Sequence record: PZ452611.1
Reading direction: 5' to 3' (one strand)
Origin: a phage
Length of the DNA stretch: 64,000 bases
The translations under genes were made by a program, and so were the position numbers. A model generated the notes under the pieces. The model was given only the letters and a program-made list of their open reading frames with translations, made no database searches and was not told the origin of the DNA. Below are positions 37,782 through 47,456 of this stretch, piece by piece. The first letter of the stretch is position 1. Each line of letters starts with the position of its first letter.

Positions 37782-40097
37782 TTATAGTGCACAACTTTCG
37801 CAATACGGATCTTCAACTGAACTATCTGCAATCAAAGGATAGTTCTTTCTGGTTTCATCTTCAGCCTGCTTCTTGGCATGAAGTTCCTCTGCCAAGGAGT
37901 CACCAGCACCAACCCTGGAGTTTAAATAATACCATGTCTTCATCCCGAATTTAGTGGCACGGATAAGGTACCCTAGCTGCTCCTTCATTGAAATTTTACC
38001 ATCTTTCAACTTGGTGTAGTCTATGTATAAATCCGCGCTGATTGCCTGACCTGTGAATTTTTGAATCACAGCATACATATCGATCATGTCGTTAGTATCA
38101 ACGTCCCAAGCCGAGGTGTAATACTCTTTCAACTCATCATAGTCAGGAACGATAAACAGCACCTGCCCTTGTGGCGATTTTTTAAAGATAATGTGCTCAC
38201 GGACAGGATAAACCCCATTAGTGGTGTTTGTTGCCAGCGAAGAGCTTTCATTAGGCATATATGCTTCAAGAACGCTATTACGTAGCCCACCATTTTCAAT
38301 GATTTCTTTACGTAACCCTTCCCAATCCTGTTTAAGAGAAGGATCTTTCACCACGCTATCGACCTCTTTGTTATAGGTGTCGATTGGTAACCAACCTTCT
38401 GGATATTTTGTTTTATGCATCCACTCGCAGACACCACGCTCTTTTGCCAACCGTAAACTTGCCTTATGCAAGCTGTAGCTGTGAAGTTCTGCAAGATCGT
38501 GAACAAGCTGTTTACTTTCAGGAGATCCGTAAGTAACCTTGTGGCTGGCAATAAAATGTGCAACATTGGTAAGGCCAACTCCGATGGATCTGCGTTTTTT
38601 AACAGTGCTCTCCATATTTTCATACGGATATGTCATGATTTCCATAACATTGTCAATCATAAGCACCGTGTAATATGCAACATCCTCATACTCCTCTGGG
38701 GTAACCCTTCCAGCTACAAGTGATGACAGGAAGCACAATGCAACTTCGCCATCATCAACATCGTGCTTGAAGATATTACGCATATCTGAATAGCCTTTTG
38801 TCGGGAGGGCTATTTCTGCACACAGGTTACTTGAATAGATCACATCTTTAAAAGGTGTATGTCTATTCATCTCGTCTGTCCAGTATACGAACAGCCTTCC
38901 AACCTCAATACGCTGCGTGAGCAGTTCAACAGCAAGATCTCTAGCTCGGATCCATGTTTTAGGAATACTGTCATCTTTAGCGATACGATCAACCTCTGCA
39001 TCAAACTCCTCCATAGACATGGTGAAGATACCTTCATGCAGTTGAGGCGCGTGCTTATAAGAAACAAGCATCCAATCTAAATTCTTAGCCACACGGTTGA
39101 TAAACGACCTATTAATACCTATAGAGTAGTCCATGGTGTTGATTCTTTTTGAAGCAACAGTCATAGGGTTTCTCAAACGGATTAGCTCATCAATCTGCGG
39201 GTCTAGTGCAAGGAATGATACTGTTGCAGAACCGCCACGTGATTGTTGTCTGTTCTCCTTAACCCCAGCATCAATACCTCGATAATATGGAATCTTACCC
39301 ATGTGTTTAATAGTGTTACCACGAACACCATCGCCTGCAGATCTTGATGATAAATAGTAGCCGATACCTGCTTGGTTAACCGTCATTGTGTACGCAACTT
39401 CACGTGCCACACCAATAGATTTTGCTGTATCATCAGCTTTTATTACACAACAAGATGCATACCCTGTCTTACCTGTGCGCAGCCCGTTTAAGTACGGTGT
39501 CGGGGCATTGATCTTTAAGTCGGACAGATAAGTGTATAATTTTACAACATCGTTGATACGACGTTCTTTCGGCATATTCTTCATGACAGCCATTGCTATC
39601 CCCATAAACATCATCTGGGGAGATTCAAACAAGGTGTCTTTAAGAGTATCCTTGATCCCGTATTTGTCGCGAAACTGTTTAAGGACTGCATAGCCATAAC
39701 CGAGATCTTTACTGTGGTCAATAACAGCGTCTAAAGTGTTTAGCTCGGTAAAGCTATAGCCCATATCCTCCCAATACCCTTTCTCAACCATGGTATTGTA
39801 AAATGATGGTAAGGAAGGGATCTTTGTAAACCCTCCAAAAGCCTCTTTATAAATCTGACCAATAAGAACACGACCAGCCATACGGGAATGTTCTTCGTCT
39901 TTACGGCTAACACAGGAGTCTATGATAGCTTGGTTAACTTCTTTGGTTGTACATCCATCATACAGTCGTTTGTATGCATCCAGTGCAATATGTGACCAAT
40001 TGCCGTTACCGTCGTCACCGAAAATAGCTGCCTTATTTAAACGTTCTGGATCGAATGCCACTTCACATCCGTTGCTTTTAATTACCTTGGTGATCAA
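37782..40097 (-). CDS. nrdA: ribonucleotide reductase class Ia large subunit
   Basis: 771 aa; N-terminal ATP-cone, NLCAEIALPT active site, C-terminal CESC. Confidence 0.9.
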   Translation of the reverse strand: MITKVIKSNGCEVAFDPERLNKAAIFGDDGNGNWSHIALDAYKRLYDGCTTKEVNQAIIDSCVSRKDEEHSRMAGRVLIGQIYKEAFGGFTKIPSLPSFYNTMVEKGYWEDMGYSFTELNTLDAVIDHSKDLGYGYAVLKQFRDKYGIKDTLKDTLFESPQMMFMGIAMAVMKNMPKERRINDVVKLYTYLSDLKINAPTPYLNGLRTGKTGYASCCVIKADDTAKSIGVAREVAYTMTVNQAGIGYYLSSRSAGDGVRGNTIKHMGKIPYYRGIDAGVKENRQQSRGGSATVSFLALDPQIDELIRLRNPMTVASKRINTMDYSIGINRSFINRVAKNLDWMLVSYKHAPQLHEGIFTMSMEEFDAEVDRIAKDDSIPKTWIRARDLAVELLTQRIEVGRLFVYWTDEMNRHTPFKDVIYSSNLCAEIALPTKGYSDMRNIFKHDVDDGEVALCFLSSLVAGRVTPEEYEDVAYYTVLMIDNVMEIMTYPYENMESTVKKRRSIGVGLTNVAHFIASHKVTYGSPESKQLVHDLAELHSYSLHKASLRLAKERGVCEWMHKTKYPEGWLPIDTYNKEVDSVVKDPSLKQDWEGLRKEIIENGGLRNSVLEAYMPNESSSLATNTTNGVYPVREHIIFKKSPQGQVLFIVPDYDELKEYYTSAWDVDTNDMIDMYAVIQKFTGQAISADLYIDYTKLKDGKISMKEQLGYLIRATKFGMKTWYYLNSRVGAGDSLAEELHAKKQAEDETRKNYPLIADSSVEDPYCESCAL

Positions 40098-40345
40098 TTT
40101 GCTTCCTCCACTTCATTAACGTATTTATCAAGGCAGGTATCAGTATCTTGCTGGATAAAGGTATCCTCTTCTACAGAGATATTTATAATTTTACCTGTAT
40201 ACTCGTCATAATAAACATCATCATACATTTTAATATCGTTTGTCAGGCCGTTGAACCAAAGCCAGCCAACATATTCTGCCCGACTTGCAAAACCAAGATC
40301 CTTCCACTTGGAGTTATGACTCATCTTCACCACCTTAGCTTTCAA
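40094..40345 (-). CDS. hypothetical protein
   Basis: 83 aa, coupled to nrdA. Confidence 0.45.
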   Translation of the reverse strand: MKAKVVKMSHNSKWKDLGFASRAEYVGWLWFNGLTNDIKMYDDVYYDEYTGKIINISVEEDTFIQQDTDTCLDKYVNEVEEAN

Positions 40346-40835
40346 TACCGAATAATTTTTCTAGGCGATGCAGATCTTCAAAATTGAAAGGTTCATCAAC
40401 AATATGAATATCTTCAGCCTTTTCAGATTGTTTTGTATATTTTCTTACATTAACACGATCCTCTACAGGGATATCATACGGAAGATCTTGAACAAGCATT
40501 GCCTCACCAGGTGCTTTATCTACATCTAAAATATCTACACCGTTATACATTTGTGGGTATCTAAAGTCTGCACGCATGACACCAGCAAATACATCTGCCT
40601 TTCGATAATGGGTTGGCTTATTTTTGCATCTAACGTTTTTTCCACGAAGAACATCAATATTTTTTAAATCAAACCCTACGGCGAAGAGTGCAGCTCGGAG
40701 ACCGTTTCGTGTGCGAACGTTAAACCCAGGTACGGTAGCTAGGAAATCTAAAGTAACTGAAATAAATGTCTTTTTAGGAATCATAACATTACTCATATCT
40801 GTCTCCATTTCTGGCTCACCAACAAAGTGAGCCAT
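40335..40835 (-). CDS. hypothetical protein
   Basis: 166 aa; no motif recognised. Confidence 0.45.
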   Translation of the reverse strand: MAHFVGEPEMETDMSNVMIPKKTFISVTLDFLATVPGFNVRTRNGLRAALFAVGFDLKNIDVLRGKNVRCKNKPTHYRKADVFAGVMRADFRYPQMYNGVDILDVDKAPGEAMLVQDLPYDIPVEDRVNVRKYTKQSEKAEDIHIVDEPFNFEDLHRLEKLFGIES

Positions 40836-40894
40836 TATTATAGATTATCTGATACTATTAGTCAACACAAAAGTTACCTATCGCTGTGATAGGA

Positions 40895-41878
40895 TTAACC
40901 TTTCACGAAGTGGTTATTAAGCAGTTGTCTGTGCTGAACCCACCCACAAAAGTTGGCAGACCAGAATTTACCATCACGGTCTTGATGGGTTACACCTTCC
41001 TGCCAAGTACTAATGTCTTGTGTGATTTCACATGAAGACAGGTAGTAGTTTAAACGTTCCATTGCGTTATCGTGATCCATAGGTGTTGCCTGGTGTTCGT
41101 AAGGGCTTGCATGAATACGATCCCCACCAATCAATTTTTTAGCCACACTGTCTGCCTTTTCAAACGTACTGTCAATATTTCGATAAGATACTTGTGCACA
41201 GCAACTAGCACTAATAGACAGAGCTTCTTTAGTATCAAGAATGCAGAGCTTTCCTTCTGTGTCACGTACAGCGTAGTTAAACTCTCCGTCCAAATAAACG
41301 TGCTCTACATATGGAGTGTGCCATTGACCTGGTTTAAGGATTTCAGGAGTGCTATTCACAAGAGCTTCCCACATACAATTAGCCAACATCTGAATCGTAG
41401 GATCCGCATCGTGCCAGCAACGGAGATGGAAAAAATTATTCCACTCTGTGCTTGTTACAACTGTTTTCATGCGTTGGAACGGCTCTACTAAGCGGTTACA
41501 TACTTGTTTATGGTAACCAGCAAGGGCGAACTTCTCTGCATGCCAAGCGGCGTTTTTTGCAGCTTCTTTCCAAAACTCTTCAGGGGTTAGCTCCATGTCA
41601 GTGTACTCTACACGGATCTTTTGATCGTGTTCCCCACCATCTTCCATCCCTTGCTTATTTACACCGAAGCGAACTGGCATTGCCGGATTCTCCACAATCT
41701 GCTGCAGCATCTTGCCGACAGGCACTGCACGGGAAGACATGGCGTTTCGGCTGAATACTCGATGCGTCATAAGCTCTGAGTGAATAATTCGAGGATACTC
41801 TAGCTCAAAAGTGGTGATGCGCTTACCTTTCTCGGAAATGCTGTCAGCAATGATCTTTGCAGTGCACAGTTTTAGCAT
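40895..41878 (-). CDS. ThyX-like flavin-dependent thymidylate synthase, putative
   Basis: HRVFSRNAMSSR resembles ThyX RHR-x7-S motif; nucleotide-metabolism context; 327 aa is longer than typical ThyX. Confidence 0.4.
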   Translation of the reverse strand: MLKLCTAKIIADSISEKGKRITTFELEYPRIIHSELMTHRVFSRNAMSSRAVPVGKMLQQIVENPAMPVRFGVNKQGMEDGGEHDQKIRVEYTDMELTPEEFWKEAAKNAAWHAEKFALAGYHKQVCNRLVEPFQRMKTVVTSTEWNNFFHLRCWHDADPTIQMLANCMWEALVNSTPEILKPGQWHTPYVEHVYLDGEFNYAVRDTEGKLCILDTKEALSISASCCAQVSYRNIDSTFEKADSVAKKLIGGDRIHASPYEHQATPMDHDNAMERLNYYLSSCEITQDISTWQEGVTHQDRDGKFWSANFCGWVQHRQLLNNHFVKG

Positions 41879-42078
41879 TATTTAGCTCTCCTTGTTTTAA
41901 TTTTGGAAATTTCGTCTGGGTTTATATTGGCCTTAAATGCAAGGTATCTGTTAAACATATCAGAGCACATGTCTTGGGTGATCCTGGAGGCATACACTAG
42001 CTTACCCCCCAGATCATATACCTCCAGCCAGTCACCGTATCTGACTACAGGATCTCCACCTTTAGAACATCTGCCCAT
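41878..42078 (-). CDS. hypothetical protein
   Basis: 66 aa ORF. Confidence 0.4.
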   Translation of the reverse strand: MGRCSKGGDPVVRYGDWLEVYDLGGKLVYASRITQDMCSDMFNRYLAFKANINPDEISKIKTRRAK

Positions 42079-42079
42079 T

Positions 42080-42673
42080 TCAAATACCTTCTAAAAACTT
42101 TCCTATTTTATACCAACTATTAGCGGTATAGTCAACACTGACCTTTAACTCCTCGAATTGCTCATAAGGCGTATCTTTTAGGATTTTAATAACTTCAGGT
42201 CGTGAAGCGAATTGGTTAAGGTATTCATGCCTGTCGTCAATTATAACATCTACAGCCACATTTCCTTTGAAATGTGTGGCGTAGAAGCCGTGACCCTGGG
42301 TGTGATCGTCCAGATCCATAAAATCACTGGTCCAACGCTTTAAGAACCTTGATTTAGATGCAAGGTGACCTTTCTTGCATACCGAGATAAATGCAAGCTT
42401 GTGACCACGAGCCACCAAATCTTTCATAACCTCAATAGCCCCCTCTTCAGGCTTAAGAAAGTCGTAGAGGAATGGGTCACTCCAGAAATCAAAAGGCCCT
42501 ATGATGTTTTCTTTGGGGCGATCAGGCCAATACTTTGGCAGATCGTAATACATCAGCCCATTAGAAGGTTTAACGACTGTCTTACTGGCTGGACCATACA
42601 AACGCTCCAACCACTCCCACCATGCTGTTCCTGAATCTACCAGTGTCAAATCTACATCAATTCCGATTAACAT
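42080..42673 (-). CDS. HAD-family phosphatase, putative 5'-deoxyribonucleotidase
   Basis: N-terminal GIDVDLTL (DxDxT) HAD motif. Confidence 0.5.
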   Translation of the reverse strand: MLIGIDVDLTLVDSGTAWWEWLERLYGPASKTVVKPSNGLMYYDLPKYWPDRPKENIIGPFDFWSDPFLYDFLKPEEGAIEVMKDLVARGHKLAFISVCKKGHLASKSRFLKRWTSDFMDLDDHTQGHGFYATHFKGNVAVDVIIDDRHEYLNQFASRPEVIKILKDTPYEQFEELKVSVDYTANSWYKIGKFLEGI

Positions 42674-43284
42674 TCTTCTTGGGCCTCTTTAGCATCAATA
42701 TACTTGCACACAATCTCCGATGCACATTCCCAAGGTGCACCTTCAGGATTTACAACATCGAACTCAATCCCTTTTATTCCGTTCTTTTCCAGACTTAGAT
42801 AGGTTCTGGAATCATTTCCCCAGTCATATCCGACACGGTGAATACGGAACAACAACAGATCTCCACCTGTGCTGTATGCGTACTCACTAAGGCATGCCAG
42901 CTCCTCTTTGAATCCACCATCGGAGTAAACAACAACCCCTTTACCTTTAGGGAAATCTTTCTTCAAGGATGTGACTGCGGCCTTACCGAAAGCATCTTCA
43001 CCAAAGATAGGTTTAATCAGATTTTCACTACAATGGATCATCCATTCTCGCGGAGAAACATGCTTGCCGTCTATCATTAAGAAAGGGCAAGGCTCTTCTT
43101 TGTAGTGGCGGTCATAAAGTGCATTCCAGAGTTGAGGAGTTACACCAGCTGCCTTAATTGCCACGCTGAAGAGCATCTCCTTAACCTCACGGTGGTGTGA
43201 GTTAGGAATAGCTTCCAACAAGAGATCTGCAATGTGATCCTTACCACTGCTGGGTGGGGCGTTAAGAACAATAATATCCATCAA
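42667..43284 (-). CDS. deoxynucleoside monophosphate kinase-like P-loop protein
   Basis: P-loop NAPPSSGKD; resembles T4 gp1 N-terminus. Confidence 0.55.
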   Translation of the reverse strand: MMDIIVLNAPPSSGKDHIADLLLEAIPNSHHREVKEMLFSVAIKAAGVTPQLWNALYDRHYKEEPCPFLMIDGKHVSPREWMIHCSENLIKPIFGEDAFGKAAVTSLKKDFPKGKGVVVYSDGGFKEELACLSEYAYSTGGDLLLFRIHRVGYDWGNDSRTYLSLEKNGIKGIEFDVVNPEGAPWECASEIVCKYIDAKEAQEEC

Positions 43285-43484
43285 AAACCTCCGTGGTATT
43301 CTTCAACTGCATCAATAATACTTTTACACTTATCTACCAGCTCGTTAGCCACTACAGCATCGTCTTCCCAAACAGCTTCCTCAATCTGATCAAGCAATGA
43401 TCGCATCTTGCCCATCATTTCTGGGATAAAGTTTTCTGAAAAGCTGTCTGGAATTGTTAACTTTAGTGTCATTGCGGTCTCCAA
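43281..43484 (-). CDS. hypothetical protein
   Basis: 67 aa ORF. Confidence 0.4.
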   Translation of the reverse strand: METAMTLKLTIPDSFSENFIPEMMGKMRSLLDQIEEAVWEDDAVVANELVDKCKSIIDAVEEYHGGF

Positions 43485-43499
43485 CCATACTATGCGTTA

Positions 43500-43958
43500 T
43501 TAGAAGTTTGTTTTTACACGTCCCTTTTCATCGACCTCGTTATTAGCTAAAAGCGTTACAAAGTCTGTGAAACGGACATGAAGAACTCTTTTCTTATCAA
43601 GGTATCCTAAAGCCACCCCTGAGAAATTTAGCATCAAAGGGGCTAAAGAAGCTCTGGCACTGAAATGCTGTTGTTCTACCCTTCCAACACCCTTAGTGTA
43701 GGATGGGTTAAGATTGTAAGTTCTGAATCCTAGTTTTGTTGGAGCTTTAGAATTAAAAACAACTTTATAGCGTTTCTTACTCAACTTATGCTCCAGGATA
43801 AGCATTCCCTTATCACCCTTGATAAGTTGAAAATCTGTAAAGTGCTCTTTTAAGACGAAAGGTAGTGCCAGCCCCATCGCCTGCCCCCTTTGTACCGCTG
43901 TCTCACCAAAAGCTTTTGCATCAGTAAGTTCTTTGGTCAAGTCTATGCTTTTGATCAT
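43500..43958 (-). CDS. hypothetical protein
   Basis: 152 aa ORF. Confidence 0.45.
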   Translation of the reverse strand: MIKSIDLTKELTDAKAFGETAVQRGQAMGLALPFVLKEHFTDFQLIKGDKGMLILEHKLSKKRYKVVFNSKAPTKLGFRTYNLNPSYTKGVGRVEQQHFSARASLAPLMLNFSGVALGYLDKKRVLHVRFTDFVTLLANNEVDEKGRVKTNF

Positions 43959-44769
43959 ACCTAGTCTCCAAAATGTATTGTAGTTCTTTCTTACCTATAC
44001 TCTTCATTCCGGCAGTCTTACCTGCTTCTTCTTGAAAAGAAGAATAGCATTCAGCAAACACTCTGTCAACACCGTCAACTAAAGATTTTATGAAATATGT
44101 TGATTCTTCAGATTTTGGGTCATCATCCCCCAATACTTTTCCAGCATTATACCCAACACGTCTTACACAGAAGTCGTAGTCATCTGGTGTGCTAAAAGAA
44201 AATAACTTATTCTCTCCAATCTTTACAGGATCCCTATTGCACTCCTTTTTCTCCCAAATTTGGAAAACACATGGCACGTCATAAGGTTTGCCATTAAGTA
44301 AAAACGAGTTCTTAGGGCACCTTTCGCTGTAGACAAGGTGCATCGACATGTCCAATTTGTTTGCAAAAAATATTTTTTCAAATGTCCTCGGCAAGATGAA
44401 GGCTATGGCCCCTCCAAGCTCTAGCAATGATGCACAATGGTTGAAGAATTTGCAAGCTAAAGATGAATTCTTGCCAAATGGTGGGTTACCTATGAAGACA
44501 TCTGCCTTGGGGTGCACCTCCAAGAAGTTTGCCTGAATGCACGGTGTTGGCCCTTCAAATTCAGGATCTGGTACTAAATCGTACGACAGTATCTCTGAAA
44601 ATAGTTTTGAAAAAGAACCCCTTCCAGCAGAGGGCTCAACGTATGCACAATTCCCATACTTATCTTTTACTTTACCAACAAGATATTCTGCATACTCAGG
44701 GTTTGTGTAATATTTGTCGTTGGACTCTTTCTTGCTCAAAGTGCCTCCAAAAGGAAAAGGGAGGCGCAA
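43921..44769 (-). CDS. DNA N6-adenine methyltransferase
   Basis: motif I VEPSAGRGSF and motif IV GNPPFG. Confidence 0.7.
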   Translation of the reverse strand: MRLPFPFGGTLSKKESNDKYYTNPEYAEYLVGKVKDKYGNCAYVEPSAGRGSFSKLFSEILSYDLVPDPEFEGPTPCIQANFLEVHPKADVFIGNPPFGKNSSLACKFFNHCASLLELGGAIAFILPRTFEKIFFANKLDMSMHLVYSERCPKNSFLLNGKPYDVPCVFQIWEKKECNRDPVKIGENKLFSFSTPDDYDFCVRRVGYNAGKVLGDDDPKSEESTYFIKSLVDGVDRVFAECYSSFQEEAGKTAGMKSIGKKELQYILETRYDQKHRLDQRTY

Positions 44770-44784
44770 GCCTCCCCATAATTG

Positions 44785-45774
44785 TTAGATTATCTGAATC
44801 AGGGTGTTTTTCATTTCTTCTCTGGTACGGATGTTGTTACGGTCACGAACAACAGATCCACAACCTTCGCAGCGGTATGTTTTAAATGCACTCAGCTGAG
44901 TATATGCCAAAGCTTCTTCCTCGTGAAGGTGTTCTCCACCACAGCGTGGGCAACGAACCTTTGGCTCCTCGTCCTGGTAGTACAATGACATGTTTGGGTG
45001 CTGCTTAGCAAACGGGCGAGCCAGCAAATACAGTCCTTCCAGAGACAGGATATCACCAACATTATACTCCCGCATCTGTTTAAATGCCTCAAGATCGCCA
45101 TGGACACACTTGATCCACATTTCAAATGTGTGGTCAATCAGTTTCTGCCGGGCTAGTTGGAAGTATTTGCATGCATACTCCAAAGTGTTTGCATTCAAAC
45201 GAAATGCCTTCTTGATCATTTTAAGGGTGTCAACCTCTTTGTAGGGGCTTGTTGGAGGCAACCCGTGAAATGCAAATCGTTGGTTGGCCCACCCGCAGTC
45301 AAAACCTGAATTGTGGGCTACTGCGACATCGCATTTATCCAGATAATACCACAAATCCTGAATCAATTCGAGATCATTGTGAATATCCTCATCCCACATT
45401 TTGTAATCGGGAAGAGCGCAGTCAACCACACTAGGGCTGTCTAACCACTTACCTGCGAAAGTTAGCATATAAGGCATAACTTCAATACCACAGGTTTGAA
45501 TGTTGGTCTTATAGTGCCCAAAGAACCAGCCGTTTGTTGGGGATGTCTCTGTATCATACACCCAAACTTTAGCGCCTTTGTGCTCTTCAAGGAAGCGCTC
45601 CGTTGCTTCTCCTACAATCTCTGACATATTCTCTTGTGCACGTTTAAGCTGTAGTCGGATCCAACTCTCACGTGACTCACGGCCTAAAAATTCACGAGCG
45701 ATTTGTCTATTAGTGTATCCTTGTTGCTTTAGTGTTAAAATTTGCTCAAGAGTTAACTTTGTCATCATCGTCAA
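44785..45774 (-). CDS. DEDD-type 3'-5' exonuclease with C-terminal zinc finger
   Basis: VWVYDTETSP (Exo I), AVAHNSGFD (Exo II), CPRCGG...CEGCG. Confidence 0.6.
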   Translation of the reverse strand: MTMMTKLTLEQILTLKQQGYTNRQIAREFLGRESRESWIRLQLKRAQENMSEIVGEATERFLEEHKGAKVWVYDTETSPTNGWFFGHYKTNIQTCGIEVMPYMLTFAGKWLDSPSVVDCALPDYKMWDEDIHNDLELIQDLWYYLDKCDVAVAHNSGFDCGWANQRFAFHGLPPTSPYKEVDTLKMIKKAFRLNANTLEYACKYFQLARQKLIDHTFEMWIKCVHGDLEAFKQMREYNVGDILSLEGLYLLARPFAKQHPNMSLYYQDEEPKVRCPRCGGEHLHEEEALAYTQLSAFKTYRCEGCGSVVRDRNNIRTREEMKNTLIQII

Positions 45775-45780
45775 GATTCC

Positions 45781-46002
45781 TTAGTAAAACTGAAGAATGT
45801 CTTTTAAAGCGAAGTCACGATATTCGCCCTTGTCTACATCGAAGGCATGCATCAACCACTGCTCTTCTTTATGATATTCTGTAGAGCCAAACCATAAATT
45901 AGGCTCAGTAACGCAGCGATCTGCAACAACACCTTTCCAGTTACGGTATTTCATCCTGATCAGAACTGAATCGCAAGGATTGAATACCTTTTTCATCCCC
46001 AT
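45781..46002 (-). CDS. hypothetical protein
   Basis: 73 aa ORF. Confidence 0.35.
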   Translation of the reverse strand: MGMKKVFNPCDSVLIRMKYRNWKGVVADRCVTEPNLWFGSTEYHKEEQWLMHAFDVDKGEYRDFALKDILQFY

Positions 46003-46546
46003 AGAAATCTCTCTCCTCAGTTTTCTTTATAAACTCCTGCATGTAGAACTCAATAGCCTCATGCTTGGTGCACTCTGGATTAATGACAAGATTGAGATCT
46101 GATTCTGCTCGTGCAATGATCGTAGCTTTAGAGCATCTCCTCAAGAACTTTGTCATATCATCTCTGTAGTTTTTGTGGAGCGGGAAGTCGCTGTAGTCTT
46201 TCTCCAGATAGTCAGCCATCCGGCGCAACGCCTCTGATAAACTGCAATCTGTATACTCGTTACAGTATTTCATCCAGTATTTAAGCACATACCCCTCAAA
46301 GGTATTAGTGCACTGAGACAAAACACCCCTGCAACGACCAGTCAGATGATCATGATCTAGACAAGGCTTACGAAGTGGCTCGCACAAGATAGGATCAAGA
46401 CCATCCTGCTCCTCTGACAATTCTTTTCGAAAGTTGGCTATGTCTTTAGAATCTTTTAGCCACCCGTTATGAACGGGTGCTTTGACAGCTTTCTTTCTTA
46501 TTTTACGCTTTGCGATAATCCCTCCAGATGCGCCCTGCCTATCCAA
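45941..46546 (-). CDS. endonuclease VII-like Holliday junction resolvase
   Basis: CLDHDHLTGRCRGVLSQCTN matches T4 gp49 zinc/HNH-like motif. Confidence 0.65.
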   Translation of the reverse strand: MDRQGASGGIIAKRKIRKKAVKAPVHNGWLKDSKDIANFRKELSEEQDGLDPILCEPLRKPCLDHDHLTGRCRGVLSQCTNTFEGYVLKYWMKYCNEYTDCSLSEALRRMADYLEKDYSDFPLHKNYRDDMTKFLRRCSKATIIARAESDLNLVINPECTKHEAIEFYMQEFIKKTEERDFYGDEKGIQSLRFSSDQDEIP

Positions 46547-47127
46547 TAAGCATCTGCAAGATCGGCCTTACCTTGTACCAAATTGATCCCATCTAGGAAC
46601 CCAGGTTCAGATACTTCACAGGCCTTAACCATCAACTTTTTATCCATCGTAACAGGTTTCTTCACAGTATGCTCTTTACCTGTCTTTTTGTCAAGCTTTT
46701 TCTTCTCCTCGAAAGCAAGTTCCTCAGGAAGATGACTACGAGCAAACTTTTTGGCAGTTGTTGGTGTCACTGTGTGGACCTTAAATAGGCCGTCATTTTC
46801 ACAATCAGCTAAAGCATCCCAAAGCATAACTTCAAGACCGTAAAACAATCCAGCCAGTTCACGTGTGGCATCCCCGCGTGATCCAAAGGAAAGCCCTTCC
46901 ATAACTACGGTGTCAACGCCGTGCGTGTGGATATAATATCTGACCTGTTTGCAGATCCAGTCAATACGCTCAGCAGCTGTTGCAAAAGAAACCGTCCCTG
47001 GTTTCTTCTCTTTTGCAGATGAGCTTTGAGTTCGTAACACAACCTTATGAACAGGCTTTCCATCGTCCCATACAACGCAAGCTGTGTGTGTCAACGACTG
47101 GTCTATGGATAATAGACGCTCTCTCAT
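46498..47127 (-). CDS. RuvC-like Holliday junction resolvase
   Basis: LSIDQSLTHTACVVW, VVMEGLSF, DLADAYWIGRAH resemble RuvC catalytic motifs. Confidence 0.6.
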   Translation of the reverse strand: MRERLLSIDQSLTHTACVVWDDGKPVHKVVLRTQSSSAKEKKPGTVSFATAAERIDWICKQVRYYIHTHGVDTVVMEGLSFGSRGDATRELAGLFYGLEVMLWDALADCENDGLFKVHTVTPTTAKKFARSHLPEELAFEEKKKLDKKTGKEHTVKKPVTMDKKLMVKACEVSEPGFLDGINLVQGKADLADAYWIGRAHLEGLSQSVK

Positions 47128-47456
47128 ACTTCCTCATCCTCCTCTCCTTCATCAGGAGCATAAGCCTTATCTTTGAACAAGACGAGAGAGCAAAGCTTAA
47201 CATCTGTTTCCACACTGGTGAACATGCATAACCGCTCGCCCTCAATCAGTTCACAATCCTCTTTTAAAACAGCAGACCATACACGGTCATCTGCGTAATC
47301 ATCCGTGTACAGGATGTATGAAATGGTGTCATCTTCATACAACCGCCACATACCTGTGGCAACAACGAATGTATTTTTTGTTTTAAGTGTCCCTGTTGTA
47401 TGATCATCCTCAAAAACAGCTTCCATAATTGCGTTATCTACAGCATTTTTAGTCAT
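47124..47456 (-). CDS. hypothetical protein
   Basis: 110 aa, acidic C-terminus. Confidence 0.45.
   Translation of the reverse strand: MTKNAVDNAIMEAVFEDDHTTGTLKTKNTFVVATGMWRLYEDDTISYILYTDDYADDRVWSAVLKEDCELIEGERLCMFTSVETDVKLCSLVLFKDKAYAPDEGEEDEEV

Noticed and set aside
34252-40097. Numerous antisense or alternative-frame ORFs inside nrdD, nrdB and nrdA (for example 35542-35775, 36002-36268, 37126-37320, 38466-38723)
   Set aside because: Embedded in long, confidently identified genes on the opposite strand or frame.
40335-40835. Dihydrofolate reductase call for the 166 aa ORF next to the thymidylate synthase-like gene
   Set aside because: Expected by synteny with other phages but no DHFR motifs are visible; left as hypothetical.
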